Position numbers and translations under genes: made by a program
Shown here: piece after piece, positions 1-9,975 of the stretch
How positions within the stretch are numbered: position 1 is the stretch's first letter
Layout: each line of letters opens with the position of its first letter
Notes under the pieces: model-generated
The model's input: only the letters and a program-made list of their open reading frames with translations
What the model was told of the DNA's origin: nothing
Databases searched by the model: none
NCBI GenBank assembly: GCA_016208685.1
Contig: JACQXM010000023.1
Location: 2,203 to 66,202 of the forward strand
Origin: Planctomycetota bacterium
Lineage (GTDB): Bacteria; Planctomycetota; Phycisphaerae; UBA1845
Length of the DNA: 64,000 nucleotides
Direction: 5' to 3'

Positions 1-9
1 ACCGGGTAC

Positions 10-918
10 ATGGTTGTCAAGTTGTTCGCCCTGGCGCCGCAGGTGAACGTCCGCTGGCAGAACCTCTCGCTCAAACGTGGGCGGTCGCTGACGCGAGCCG
101 GTGTCATCTTCGCGGCGGCCGCGGTGGTGTGGCTCGCCTTCGTCGGACACAGCGCCGTGGTGCGTTATTCCGCTTGGCGCGGCCACCTGGCGGTCGAGGA
201 ACTGGCGTTGCCCGACGACGTATGGGCGCCGGGCTTTGATTGGTATGCGAAGGCATCTCCGCCGCAGCGCGCCCGGCTGGCGCGCGCCTCCGCTCGGCTG
301 GAACGCGCCCATCGCTGGGGCCTTTTGCCCACCAACGCCGTCCTGGCGGACCTCACCTGGGTCTACATGGCCGCCGGGCGGACGATGGACGCCGCGGTGG
401 CGATGGTACGGTTGCGGGATCGTGCACCGGAGCTTGCGGCCCCCCATCGCGGCCTGGCGTGCATCTACCGCAAGGCCGGCCGCCCCCTCGAGGCGGAATC
501 TGCGTACCGCCGGGCGCTCGAGCTCGACCCCCGATACGAGGTCGCGCGGCGCGAGTTCGTCGCGTTTCTCATTGCCGCGGGCCGCCCGGCCGACGCCGTC
601 GACGTCCTACACGCCGCCATTGCCGTGGATTCCTCCAACGCCGCGGCGCATTACGATCTGGGCATGGCGCTGCTGGGTTTGCGGCGCATCGGCGAGGCGG
701 TGCAGGCGCTGCGCGAGGCGACGCGTCTCGCTCCGAAGGTGGCGATCTATCATTACAACCTCGCGGTGGCGACGTTCATGTCCGGTCGGCCGACCGACGC
801 GCTCCCGCACATCCGCGAGGCGGTCCGCCTGGCGCCCGACGACCCCCAGGCCCGCGGGTTTCTGAACGTGGTGCAGGAGAATCTCGACGGTGCCGCAACG
901 TCAGAGCAAGACGAATGA
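10..918 (+). CDS. TPR-repeat protein with one N-terminal hydrophobic segment (possibly 5'-truncated by the window edge)
   Basis: The reading frame is open back to base 1. There is one hydrophobic segment (VIFAAAAVVWLAFVG). The C-terminal ~200 aa are 34-aa TPR-like units (AESAYRRALELDPRY, AAAHYDLGMALLGL, AIYHYNLAVATFMSG, ALPHIREAVRLAPDDP). Confidence 0.7.
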   Translation: MVVKLFALAPQVNVRWQNLSLKRGRSLTRAGVIFAAAAVVWLAFVGHSAVVRYSAWRGHLAVEELALPDDVWAPGFDWYAKASPPQRARLARASARLERAHRWGLLPTNAVLADLTWVYMAAGRTMDAAVAMVRLRDRAPELAAPHRGLACIYRKAGRPLEAESAYRRALELDPRYEVARREFVAFLIAAGRPADAVDVLHAAIAVDSSNAAAHYDLGMALLGLRRIGEAVQALREATRLAPKVAIYHYNLAVATFMSGRPTDALPHIREAVRLAPDDPQARGFLNVVQENLDGAATSEQDE

Positions 919-1162
919 CGCACCGGCGTCAGGCACTCGCGGCGATGTGCCGACGGGTTTGGGCGCGCGGGCGTTAACCGGTTGCCGCGCGCGGCGCCTC
1001 GATAGCTCGATCGGATGCTCGAAAGGACGCCACGGAAGCACTCCGCCGGCTCGCTCCGAGCGGACCGGCCTCGTGTGTTGCCGCGTCGCAAACTGCCGCC
1101 TATAGTGCATCGCCCCCCCGCGGCTTCTTTGCCCCGGGGGCGCGCGGAATCGCCGGGACGCC

Positions 1163-1924
1163 ATGACGGATACACGACTCGACATCGTCTTCACCGCGCC
1201 GCACCCCGACGACCTGGAGATCACCATGGGCGGCACCATTGCCAAGCTGGTGAAGCTCGGGTACCGCGTCGGGATGGTACACATGACGAACGGCGAGCCC
1301 ACACCGCGCGGCACGCCGGAAACCCGCATGCGCGAAATGCAGCAGGCCGCCGAAGTGCTCGGCGTGCAGGCGTGCGAAATGCTGGGACTTCCCAACCGGT
1401 TGCTTATGGATACGCCGGAGACGCGGATGGCCGTTGCCACCGCGTTGCGCCGTCACCGGCCGCGGATCCTCGTGGGAATGGCCGGCCGCACACCCGCGGC
1501 ATCGCCGGACCACTACCAGGCACAGCTGATTACCGAAGCCGCGCGCTTTTATTCGCAGCTCACGAAGTGGAACGAACGCTTCGACGGAACGGAGCCCTTC
1601 CGCATCGACCACCTGGTCTATCGCCCGACTCGCATCGCTGCGGAGATCGCCCACTGGCACACCCAGTTCGTGGTGGACATCAGCGACACGCTGGAACAGA
1701 AGATTGCCGCGATCCGCTGTTACCATTCGCAGTTCGACGACGAGCGATTCGCGGGGCTGGAGCACTACGTGCGATCCTGGGCCGGGGTCGAGGGAAGCTC
1801 GGTGGGAGTCCGCTACGGCGAAACGTACGCCCTGCCGCGGCCGCTGGGGGTCACCGACCCCGTGGCCCTGCTCGGCGAATGGCAGATTCCGCCGCCCTTC
1901 AAGACGCCGGCGGCGAAGACATGA
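1163..1924 (+). CDS. PIG-L/LmbE-family N-acetylglucosaminyl deacetylase
   Basis: The N-terminal motif FTAPHPDDLEITMGG is the AHPDDxE zinc-deacetylase signature of the PIG-L family. Length (253 aa) is typical. Confidence 0.8.
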   Translation: MTDTRLDIVFTAPHPDDLEITMGGTIAKLVKLGYRVGMVHMTNGEPTPRGTPETRMREMQQAAEVLGVQACEMLGLPNRLLMDTPETRMAVATALRRHRPRILVGMAGRTPAASPDHYQAQLITEAARFYSQLTKWNERFDGTEPFRIDHLVYRPTRIAAEIAHWHTQFVVDISDTLEQKIAAIRCYHSQFDDERFAGLEHYVRSWAGVEGSSVGVRYGETYALPRPLGVTDPVALLGEWQIPPPFKTPAAKT

Positions 1925-2634
1925 CGCGCACGCAGCGCGTCCCGCGAGACTGCGGCACGGTCGCCGAAGCTTGGCCGGCGGCCGCAGCATGGGAGGAACC
2001 CGTGGAAGTCCTCGTTGACGACGTGCCCATGCCGGAGCCCGCTGCCCTGAGCGGAACCGTGGGCGACGCGGTTCGGCATATTCAGTCGAACGTGTGCGCC
2101 GCCGGCCGTTTGGTGGTGAGCATCCGTTGCGACGGCCTGGAGGTCTCGGGAAGCGACTTGGCAGAGGCGCTGCGCCGCCCGCTGGAGAGCCTGACGCGGA
2201 TCGAGGTGTGCACCTCAACCGCGGGGACGCTGGTCACCGACGCCATGACCCGCGCCTCGACGGCCCTCGATGAGACCATGGACGGCGCCGAACGAGCGGC
2301 AGGACTGCTTACGCAGGGCAAGACCGCGGACGGTATCGAGGTCCTGGGCGAGTGTGCTCGCACCTGGCAGCAAGTTCACCAGGCGGTCTTTCAGTCGCTG
2401 CAAATGCTCCAGCTCGATCCTCGCGAACTGGAGGTGAACGGCGTCTCGCTGGTCGACGCCATGGACCAGCCGCGCCAGGCCCTGCAACAGGTTAAGCAAG
2501 CGCTCGTCGCCGGCGATCACGTCATGCTCGCCGACGTACTGCAATACGAATTCAGCGAAGCCATGCAGACCTGGTTGGCGATCATCGCCCGCGTTCATCG
2601 CGAGGCCGAAGAACGCGGCGAGCCAGGCGCCTGA
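1921..2634 (+). CDS. hypothetical protein
   Basis: The ATG at 1921 overlaps the upstream stop codon (ATGA coupling). Amino-acid composition looks like a normal protein. The upstream part of ORF 1015..2634 overlaps the PIG-L gene in another frame and is Arg/Pro-rich junk. No motif recognised. Confidence 0.55.
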   Translation: MTRTQRVPRDCGTVAEAWPAAAAWEEPVEVLVDDVPMPEPAALSGTVGDAVRHIQSNVCAAGRLVVSIRCDGLEVSGSDLAEALRRPLESLTRIEVCTSTAGTLVTDAMTRASTALDETMDGAERAAGLLTQGKTADGIEVLGECARTWQQVHQAVFQSLQMLQLDPRELEVNGVSLVDAMDQPRQALQQVKQALVAGDHVMLADVLQYEFSEAMQTWLAIIARVHREAEERGEPGA

Positions 2635-2853
2635 CCCAGACGCAAAAGCTGATCTCGATGTGTCGCGTGGCGTTGCTGAGTGCCGCGCCGCGTCATCCCC
2701 TCGGCGGCCAGTAGCCGACGGATGCGGCGCCTCGGGGGGACGGAGAGTAGAGGGAAGCGCGACCTCGGGTCGTTCGGTAGAGGTGCATACGCGGGCGGGC
2801 CAAGGCGCCACGCGTGCCGGCATCGAGCTCACTGTCACGATCGCCGCGCGGCG

Positions 2854-4533
2854 CTACGTAACAGGAACGCGGGTGTGCGTGGTCCCGTTGCCTCCGCGGA
2901 CCACGCGGATGTGTGACGGCCGGGTCTCCAGGCGGGCAGCCCGCCGGCCCTCCGCCGCACCCGCACAGGAGGCCGCCGCCGGGGCGTCGCCGCGGAAATG
3001 CACGCCGAGCGACTCCGTCCGTTCCTGAGCCGAATGCGTAACCAGGCGCGCGACGGTGAGCAAGTTCTGCAATTCCCACCCCTCCACATCGTCGAAGGTC
3101 TTGTCCAGTGTGTAGTGTCCCCAAAACTCCAGGATGTCGGCCGTCTCCGAGAGCCGGTCCCCGCTGCGCACAATGCCCACGTTCCGCCACATCACACTGC
3201 GCAGTGAGTTGCGAATGTCCGGAAGATCGAGAACCGTCCGCGGCGATTGCGGAGTCTGGCTGACGACACGCGGCACGTGCGTGGAATTGGCCGTCCCCGC
3301 GGCGCGCTGCCCCGCCTGCTCGCCCGCGATCTTACCGAACACCAGCCCCTCGAGCAGCGAGTTGCTCGCCATGCGGTTGGCGCCGTGCACGCCATTGCTC
3401 GCCGCCTCGCCGCAGACCCACAGCCCGTTGATGTTGGTGCGCCCGTCGAGCCCAGCCTCGATCCCGCCGACCATGTAATGCGCACTGGGCCGCACCGGGA
3501 TCAGGTCGCGCGTCACGTCGATCTGAAAATCGCGGCAGAGCTGCGCGATGTTCGGGAAGCGCTCCGCGAAGCCCCGCATGTGCCGCACGTCCAGGTACAC
3601 GCAGTTCGCCCGCGTCTGGAGCAAATGGGAGTGGATGGCGCGGCTGACCACGTCGCGCGGCGCCAGCTCGCCGTCGGCGTGGAACTCGGCCATGAAGCGG
3701 TGGCCGGACTTGTCCAGCAGATACGCCCCGTCGCCGCGGACGGCCTCCGGGATCAGCGCCCGCCCCGCCCCCGCGACGTAGAGCGTCGTGGGGTGAAACT
3801 GCATCATCTCCAGGTCGCGCAGCGCCGCCCCGGCGCGAAACGCCGCCGCCAGCCCGTCGCCGGTGAGCACCGGCGGATTCGTAGTCTCACGCCAGAGCTG
3901 TCCGCAGCCGCCCGACGCGACGATCGTCTGCTTGGCCCAGATGAGCTGGTGGCCATGGCGGGGATGGAAGCTCACCGCCCCCACGCAGGCACCCTCGAGG
4001 GTCATCAAGTCGATGACGAAGCAATGTTCGAAGACGCGGATGTTGGCCGTAGCGCGGACCCGCCGCTCCATGGTCTCCGCCAGTTCGCCGCCGGTCTGAT
4101 CCCCGCGTGCATGGACTACGCGGTTCAGCGAGTGTCCGCCCTCGCGTCCGAGCGCCAGACCGGCCCCCTGACGGTCCACCGCGAAACCCCAGGATATGAG
4201 CTCTTCGATACGCTGCGGCCCTTCCTCGACCAGCCACCGCACCGCCTCCGGCGTGCACAGGCCGCAGCCCACACGCACGGTGTCGTCGTAATGCCGTTGC
4301 GGCGAGTCCTCCGGCGAAATGGCGGCCGCGATGCCCCCCTGGGCCCAATGGGTGGCCGAGTGCGTGAAGCTGCCTTTGGTGACGAGTACCACGTTGCCGA
4401 ACCGCGCGGCCTCCAGCGCCGCCCGTGCCCCGCCCACGCCGCTGCCGATGACCAGCACGTCCGTAAGCGCGTTCCCCGCGCGGATGGAGTCGAAGTTGGT
4501 GAGGTATCGGCGGGTGTCGAACAAAGAGCCCAT
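2854..4533 (-). CDS. nadB: L-aspartate oxidase
   Basis: FAD-binding motif DVLVIGSGVGGARAA is present, with HWAQGGIAAA, RPSAHYMVGGI and the C-terminal ESLGVHFRGD. This matches the fumarate reductase/succinate dehydrogenase flavoprotein family, and the length and termini fit NadB. Confidence 0.9.
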   Translation of the reverse strand: MGSLFDTRRYLTNFDSIRAGNALTDVLVIGSGVGGARAALEAARFGNVVLVTKGSFTHSATHWAQGGIAAAISPEDSPQRHYDDTVRVGCGLCTPEAVRWLVEEGPQRIEELISWGFAVDRQGAGLALGREGGHSLNRVVHARGDQTGGELAETMERRVRATANIRVFEHCFVIDLMTLEGACVGAVSFHPRHGHQLIWAKQTIVASGGCGQLWRETTNPPVLTGDGLAAAFRAGAALRDLEMMQFHPTTLYVAGAGRALIPEAVRGDGAYLLDKSGHRFMAEFHADGELAPRDVVSRAIHSHLLQTRANCVYLDVRHMRGFAERFPNIAQLCRDFQIDVTRDLIPVRPSAHYMVGGIEAGLDGRTNINGLWVCGEAASNGVHGANRMASNSLLEGLVFGKIAGEQAGQRAAGTANSTHVPRVVSQTPQSPRTVLDLPDIRNSLRSVMWRNVGIVRSGDRLSETADILEFWGHYTLDKTFDDVEGWELQNLLTVARLVTHSAQERTESLGVHFRGDAPAAASCAGAAEGRRAARLETRPSHIRVVRGGNGTTHTRVPVT

Positions 4534-4760
4534 TGCGCGGGCATGGTAGTACCGCGGCGGACGTTGGGAAACCGGCGGAGGCGAATGCAGAATGGCTGAA
4601 ACCTGGGCGCCGGGCGGACGGAGGCGAACGGCGGGGGGCCATCGCCTTCGCGATGGAGAAGCCGAGCGCTTTGCGAATGAAGAATGGTGACTGCGGAATG
4701 CGGAAACCGGGCCTCGACCGTAGGAGCGGGCCTTCGCCGCTGGGGCGCGGCCGCCGCCCT

Positions 4761-4791
4761 ATCAGTACCGCGAGCGCCAACGAGCGGCCAC
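4761..4791. repeat. 31-nt repeat (28/31 match to 10718-10748)
   Basis: ATCAGTACCGCGAGCGCCAACGAGCGGCCAC versus ATCAGTACCGCGAGTGCTAACGAGCGGTCAC. Its position relative to the 43-nt repeat differs between the two loci. Confidence 0.7.
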
Positions 4792-4848
4792 CCGTTCTCG
4801 GTGGTACCCAACATCCGCGCTGTCGCACACCGCCCGCGATCTGGAACG

Positions 4849-4891
4849 CGCCCAGCGAGCCGCGGGCTTCAGCCCGCGCGGCCCGTCTTCG
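4849..4891. repeat. 43-nt hairpin repeat, identical to 10640-10682 (reverse orientation of the MITE hairpin core)
   Basis: GCGCCCAGCGAGCCGCGGGCTTCAGCCCGCGCGGCCCGTCTTC is identical at both loci. CGAGCCGCGGGCTTCAGCCCGCGCGGCCC is the reverse complement of the core seen at 13822-13850. Confidence 0.8.
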
Positions 4892-5047
4892 ACTCCCTTC
4901 TCTGCCGGGACGCGACCGCCGCGGGCCCCGTGCGCGGTATGGCAGCCCCTTTGCTCCGAGCGGCCGGGTGTCGGCGCCGGCGGCCACCGGGCTCCGCGGT
5001 AGCAGAGCGGTCCGGAAGAAATGTCCGGGGGGTTCCCCCGGTAGGCC

Positions 5048-8000
5048 TCATCGACCCGATCGGGACCTACCTTCGAACGCGTGCGCCGGCCTCACGTACC
5101 TCGGGTGGTATTCGTCGGCGCCGATGTCCACTTGCTTCCCGTTGAGGCGCGGTTGCCCCTCGAGATCCAGCTCGCCGATGGCCGGGATCGTGTTGGGATC
5201 GCCGGCGTCGACGCAAGGCGACAGCCGGGACAGGAGAAACTTGTCCAGGCCGGAGCCCAGGAACAGCGGGTCCCCCGCGATGTTTCCCACACCGGGTCTT
5301 GCCGTGTCGAACAGACAGTATTTTGCCTCAACGCGGGATACGGTAAATGGCACCCACCCATTGTTCCAGACGATCGAATTCAGAAGCTCCACCCTGGTCG
5401 TCCCAAAGCCGGCCTCGATCGCCGGGCCATAGGCAGAAGTGCAGATGTTCGAAACAACTGTGCAGCCGCTTACGGTCGCTTCGCCGCTGCGCAGGTAGAG
5501 AGCACTGCCGCCTCGAGCTGTATTGCGACTGAAGAGCGAATTCCGGATCATCGATGTGCTGCTGCGGACATCAAGCCCGCCGCCGCTGTGACCGCCGCTA
5601 GTCCGGTTGCCCAGAAATCGGCAATTCGTAACCGTGGCACGACTGGCGGCGAGAAGCCCGCCGGCACCGGCAGCCGCACGGTTATCCTGGACCGTGCACC
5701 AATCCAGAACCGCCTCGGATTGATCGCCCCCACTGATATAAAAGCCCCCGCCGTCACCGGGGTAGGTTCCTTCCGCCACATTACCTAAGAATGTGCAACC
5801 AATCGCGACAGTCAACATGGTCCCGCAAGACAGCCCCGCGCCGGAGTATGCCCTGTTGTCCGAAAAGCGGCAGTTCTCCAAGGTGAGGGACCCGACGCCC
5901 CACGCGTAGACCCCGCCCCCCGCGGTTGGTGCGCGGTTTCCGGAAAAGGCGCAGTCAAAGAATCGCGGGTTCGCCTGTGCCCCGAGCACGACCACGCCTC
6001 CGCCCTCGGCCGCATGAACCGCATCCGTCTCGTTCTGCTCGAACCGGCAGGCGCGGACCGTCGGACTGGCGTCCTCGATCCGCATACCACCACCCTCGTA
6101 CTCCGCCAAGCCGTTCCTCACGGTGAATCCCTCGATCACCGTCGCCGGTCCTATGTCCGAACCGGTGACGTTGAATCCTCGACCGCCGCGGTCGCAGTCG
6201 AGGACGCACGAGCCCGGCATTCCGTCACAGCGGATGCTCATGTTCCTGCCGTTTACGCCGAGATCACGGTTCCCCCCGCCGACGTACGTCCCCGGAGATA
6301 CCAGGACGGTTCCGCCGCCCGGCGCGGCGTAGATCGCCGCCTGTATCGTCGCGTACCGCGGGTGCGGGAAGCGGATCAGCCCCTGGCACTCGTCTGGGAC
6401 CCCGTCGCCGCCCACCGGAAACTCGTCGAAGGACGATCCCGCCGCCAAGTCACAGGAGTCGGGGACGACGTCGCCATTGCAGTCGGCAGCCTCCCCGAGC
6501 AAGACATCGCAAGAGTCCGCCCGGCCGTTGCCGTTGCAGTCGGCCTCGCACTCATCGGGAACGCCGTTGGCGCTGCAATCGGCACTGACGCCGGCCGCGA
6601 CATCGCAGATGTCCCGGTTTCCATTCTCGTTGCAATCGCTGTCCGGTTGACACTCGTCCGGAACACCGTCGGCGTCACAATCGGTAGACCATCCGGAATG
6701 AACGTCGCACGCATCTAGCGTGTCGTTTCCGTTACAGTCTCCGGCAGCGCCAAGCCCTGACACGTAGACGTCGTAATCCGCACCCGTCAACCCTCCAAAG
6801 TCGTCCGCCGATGACCAGACTGCCAGCCATTTCCCTTCCCCGTCACCAGCGATGTCCGTGTAATAGACGCCACTTGACGCTAGGCGCTTCGGGTTGCTCC
6901 AGGTCGCGCCGTTCGTCCTGCTGGTGGCGAAAACTATACCATTCAGCTGCCACCACGCCACCCAGTATCCCCGACCATCCGTTGCAATCTGCGGCACTTC
7001 TACTCTGCTCGGTTCTTGAGCCCAATGCGTATCCAAGATCTGCGGGGCAGACCAATTGCGCCCATTGTCCGCACTGTGGGTCGTCATCACCTCGAAATCG
7101 GCAGTCGAGCCGTCGGGTAGCCGGTCCGAACGCCACACGACTACCCAGTTCCCATTCCCATCCGTGGCGATACGTGGATCGATCTGGATGCCAGCTCCAC
7201 CCGCCAGCACCGACGTTGACCACGTGGCTCCCCCATCGTGACTCTGCGAAAGTGCGATATCCCAGTAACCCGTCGCGTACCCTGTATAATATTGCCAGAC
7301 AGCAAACGCTATGTCCGCGCCGTCGGTGGCGACGTGTGGTTCGCGCCCGCGCACATTCCCGGTCAACTCTCGCGGCTGGCCCCAGGTCGCGCCGCCGTCG
7401 GTGCTGCGCGCAACCCAGGACCGACCATCGTTCGTGGGGAAGGTACTCCAAGCCAGCAGGAAAACACCCTTCGCTCCGCCGGCAACCTCCGGGGCCCCAA
7501 TGTGATCGGTTACGTCCGGCGCCACGCTGTTCGGGAGCGACCAGGTTGCGCCATAGTCGGCGCTGTAGGAGACGAGCAGGTCATTATCACTCCCGCTGTA
7601 GAAGGGGAGTTCACTGACGAGCCAGGCGACGACCACTCGACCTGCGCCATCGGTAGCAATACATGGGACGGCATCCGCCAACGGGTCCGCAGGTGCGTCG
7701 ACATTCAAAGTGAGTGGGGCCGTCCAGGTGCGCCCCGAATCGGTGCTCCGCGAAAGGAGGATGTCGTAGTCCGTTGCAATCCCCCATCCCGGCGCGTCAT
7801 TCGCATACCAAACGGCAAGCCAGATTCCACGCCCCGCGTAGGTCAGGCGCGCCCCATAATCGCCGCCGCGATCCAAGGCGGCATTGGTGTTCAGGACAGT
7901 CGCTGGTCCTGGGGTAAGAAACAGCTCACAACCGTCGGGCACTGCATTGCCGTCGCAATCGGTTGCGGTGCCGGTGGTGATATCGACCGAGTCGATGACC

Positions 8001-9868
8001 CCGTTGGCGTTGCAGTCCTCCTGGCACTCGTCAGGGACACCGTCACCCCCCAGCGGGACGGAGTCCTGCGAGTCGCCCGACGAGACATCGCACTCGTCGG
8101 GTATGCCGTTCCCGTTGCAGTCGGGGCTGGTGCCGTCGTCGATGTCGCACGAATCCGCGTGACCATCTGCGTTGCAATCGGGTTCGCAGTCGTCGGGAAT
8201 GCCGTTACCAGTGCAATCCGCGGTCCCCGATGCGAGATCGCAGACATCGGGCGTGCCGTTGGCGTTGCAATCCATCTCCAGGGCAATGCACTCGTCGGGG
8301 ATGTCGTTGCCGTTGCAGTCAGCGGACTCCCCAGCCGCAATCTCGTCGACGTCCGGGAGGAGGTTCGAGTTGCAATCTCCGTATTCGACGGCCCCCATGT
8401 CGACGGGCGCTGCCGCGTCCGGCCCCGAATTCGCCGCGTGGGCCGCGTCGTAAACCCGCGTGAAGCCACGAACATCCGCCGTCAGGCCGGCGGAGTCTGT
8501 CGCGGCGGCATCACCCGAGTCGATGCACGGTGAGTTCTTGTGCAGCCGGTAGTCGCCGTCGATCCACTGGCTGCCGGCAAATCGGCCGAGGTCAACGAGG
8601 CGCGGGTCGGACTCGATGTTGCCCGGCTCGAATCCCAACGCCGGTGCGCAGGAATACGTGGGGTACGGGAAGGAGTTCGCCCAGTAGGGGTTGGAGTTAC
8701 CCCAGAAGATGCAATTCGTGAATCCTCCGTTACACTCCCCGACGGCGCCGCCTTCGTTCCCTGCCGTAGTACGGTTGGAAATGATCGTACAGTGGGTCAC
8801 CGGTCCGTTGCACGACCAGAGGCCGCCGCCGCCGATCTGGGCGCTGTTGCCCGCAACGACGCAATTGGCGACCGAGCCGTGGCTCGACGCCAATCCTCCC
8901 CCGTAGATGCCGGCGCGGTTTCCCGTAATAATGCAGGACGTAACCGCGCCCTGGCAGTCATACACTGCACCACCGCTGTTTCCGGCAGTGTTGCCGGACA
9001 GCCGGCAGCGCAACATCGCCCCGTCGCAGCCGGCCAGCCCGCCACCGGCGGCGTGCGCCGCATTGTTGGCGATTTCACAGTCGACCAGGTCACCATCACA
9101 ATCGTAGGCGCCGGCACCGATTCGGGCAGCGTTGGCCGTTATGGCGCACCGCCGGACCACCCCGGCGCAATCCGCGAGTCCCCCGCCGTGTCCCAGGCCC
9201 GCGCTGTTTCCATGTATCACCGAGCCCTCGAGCATGCCGTCGCAATCGTAAAGCCCCGCCCCGCCGAGACTCGCATGGTTGTCTTGCACGACACAATCTC
9301 GGATGGTCGGGGCGCTGTTCTCGCAGAGGAACCCGCCCCCGTATCCATCTGCCGGCCCGGTCGCCTCCCCGCCCGTGATGGTCACGCCCTCGACGAGCGT
9401 GTCGCTATCGCAATTGCGGCAGGTCACGATGTGGAACGAGTTGTCGTCGCGGTTGGCAAACGTCGGGCCGTCGTCGTCTTGCAAGTCGCCGGTAAGGAGC
9501 GTCACATGGACTCGCGGGTTCCGTTCGTCTGGGTTTGCGGCCGAGCACCCCGCAAACCCGCCGAGTACCCTCACACCCGGAGGAATTGTGAAACTAGCCC
9601 TCCGATCTCCAGGAACCAGCGAACTTCCTCGGTCCGGTTTGTACGCGCCCGCCGCAACCCGAACCTCGGCCGGCGGCGGCGCGCCGAGCGCGAACGCCAA
9701 GCCGTCTTGCAAGGTCCTGAAAGCAGTGCACCACGTCGTCCCATCGTGCGCGAGGCCGTCCGCACCCCGATCGACATACACGACCGTCGGCTGTACTCCA
9801 GGCGAAACTTCCGGAGGAGCCATGACGGCGATCATGGCAAGTACGCCGTGCGTGCCTAAGGCGCACAT
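5048..9868 (-). CDS. giant secreted multidomain protein (beta-helix / Cys-Asp repeats / BNR propeller / Cys-Asp repeats / beta-helix)
   Basis: aa ~150-400 and ~1170-1560 show parallel beta-helix-type periodicity (recurrent GGGL..C.G....C.I.GN.A). aa 498-648 and 1044-1162 are runs of ~20-aa Cys/Asp units (DCNGNGIPDECD, DCNANGTPDVCD, DCSANGVPDECE). aa ~700-1000 carry six Asp-box motifs (STDSGRTW, SADYGATW, STDGGATW, SHDGGATW, SADNGRNW, SRTNGATW). No obvious signal peptide, so the start is uncertain. Confidence 0.8.
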   Translation of the reverse strand: MCALGTHGVLAMIAVMAPPEVSPGVQPTVVYVDRGADGLAHDGTTWCTAFRTLQDGLAFALGAPPPAEVRVAAGAYKPDRGSSLVPGDRRASFTIPPGVRVLGGFAGCSAANPDERNPRVHVTLLTGDLQDDDGPTFANRDDNSFHIVTCRNCDSDTLVEGVTITGGEATGPADGYGGGFLCENSAPTIRDCVVQDNHASLGGAGLYDCDGMLEGSVIHGNSAGLGHGGGLADCAGVVRRCAITANAARIGAGAYDCDGDLVDCEIANNAAHAAGGGLAGCDGAMLRCRLSGNTAGNSGGAVYDCQGAVTSCIITGNRAGIYGGGLASSHGSVANCVVAGNSAQIGGGGLWSCNGPVTHCTIISNRTTAGNEGGAVGECNGGFTNCIFWGNSNPYWANSFPYPTYSCAPALGFEPGNIESDPRLVDLGRFAGSQWIDGDYRLHKNSPCIDSGDAAATDSAGLTADVRGFTRVYDAAHAANSGPDAAAPVDMGAVEYGDCNSNLLPDVDEIAAGESADCNGNDIPDECIALEMDCNANGTPDVCDLASGTADCTGNGIPDDCEPDCNADGHADSCDIDDGTSPDCNGNGIPDECDVSSGDSQDSVPLGGDGVPDECQEDCNANGVIDSVDITTGTATDCDGNAVPDGCELFLTPGPATVLNTNAALDRGGDYGARLTYAGRGIWLAVWYANDAPGWGIATDYDILLSRSTDSGRTWTAPLTLNVDAPADPLADAVPCIATDGAGRVVVAWLVSELPFYSGSDNDLLVSYSADYGATWSLPNSVAPDVTDHIGAPEVAGGAKGVFLLAWSTFPTNDGRSWVARSTDGGATWGQPRELTGNVRGREPHVATDGADIAFAVWQYYTGYATGYWDIALSQSHDGGATWSTSVLAGGAGIQIDPRIATDGNGNWVVVWRSDRLPDGSTADFEVMTTHSADNGRNWSAPQILDTHWAQEPSRVEVPQIATDGRGYWVAWWQLNGIVFATSRTNGATWSNPKRLASSGVYYTDIAGDGEGKWLAVWSSADDFGGLTGADYDVYVSGLGAAGDCNGNDTLDACDVHSGWSTDCDADGVPDECQPDSDCNENGNRDICDVAAGVSADCSANGVPDECEADCNGNGRADSCDVLLGEAADCNGDVVPDSCDLAAGSSFDEFPVGGDGVPDECQGLIRFPHPRYATIQAAIYAAPGGGTVLVSPGTYVGGGNRDLGVNGRNMSIRCDGMPGSCVLDCDRGGRGFNVTGSDIGPATVIEGFTVRNGLAEYEGGGMRIEDASPTVRACRFEQNETDAVHAAEGGGVVVLGAQANPRFFDCAFSGNRAPTAGGGVYAWGVGSLTLENCRFSDNRAYSGAGLSCGTMLTVAIGCTFLGNVAEGTYPGDGGGFYISGGDQSEAVLDWCTVQDNRAAAGAGGLLAASRATVTNCRFLGNRTSGGHSGGGLDVRSSTSMIRNSLFSRNTARGGSALYLRSGEATVSGCTVVSNICTSAYGPAIEAGFGTTRVELLNSIVWNNGWVPFTVSRVEAKYCLFDTARPGVGNIAGDPLFLGSGLDKFLLSRLSPCVDAGDPNTIPAIGELDLEGQPRLNGKQVDIGADEYHPRYVRPAHAFEGRSRSGR

Positions 9869-9975
9869 CGAGTTAGCCCCGTTGGACCGACGGGGACCTC
9901 AACAGTCCACCGTCCATTGCCCAGTATATCAGGTTTGGCTTTCCGCGCGAAGCGTCGTTCTTCGGCCACGGTCTC

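Noticed and set aside
1015-1920. N-terminal 300 codons of the 539-aa ORF 1015..2634
   Set aside because: It overlaps the PIG-L deacetylase gene in another frame and is Arg/Pro/His-rich. Only the part from ATG 1921 (ATGA-coupled) was kept.
3887-4987. 366-aa minus-strand ORF spanning the nadB 5' end and the repeat-rich spacer
   Set aside because: It is out of frame with nadB, has Arg/Gly/Pro-rich composition, and covers hairpin repeats rather than coding-like sequence.
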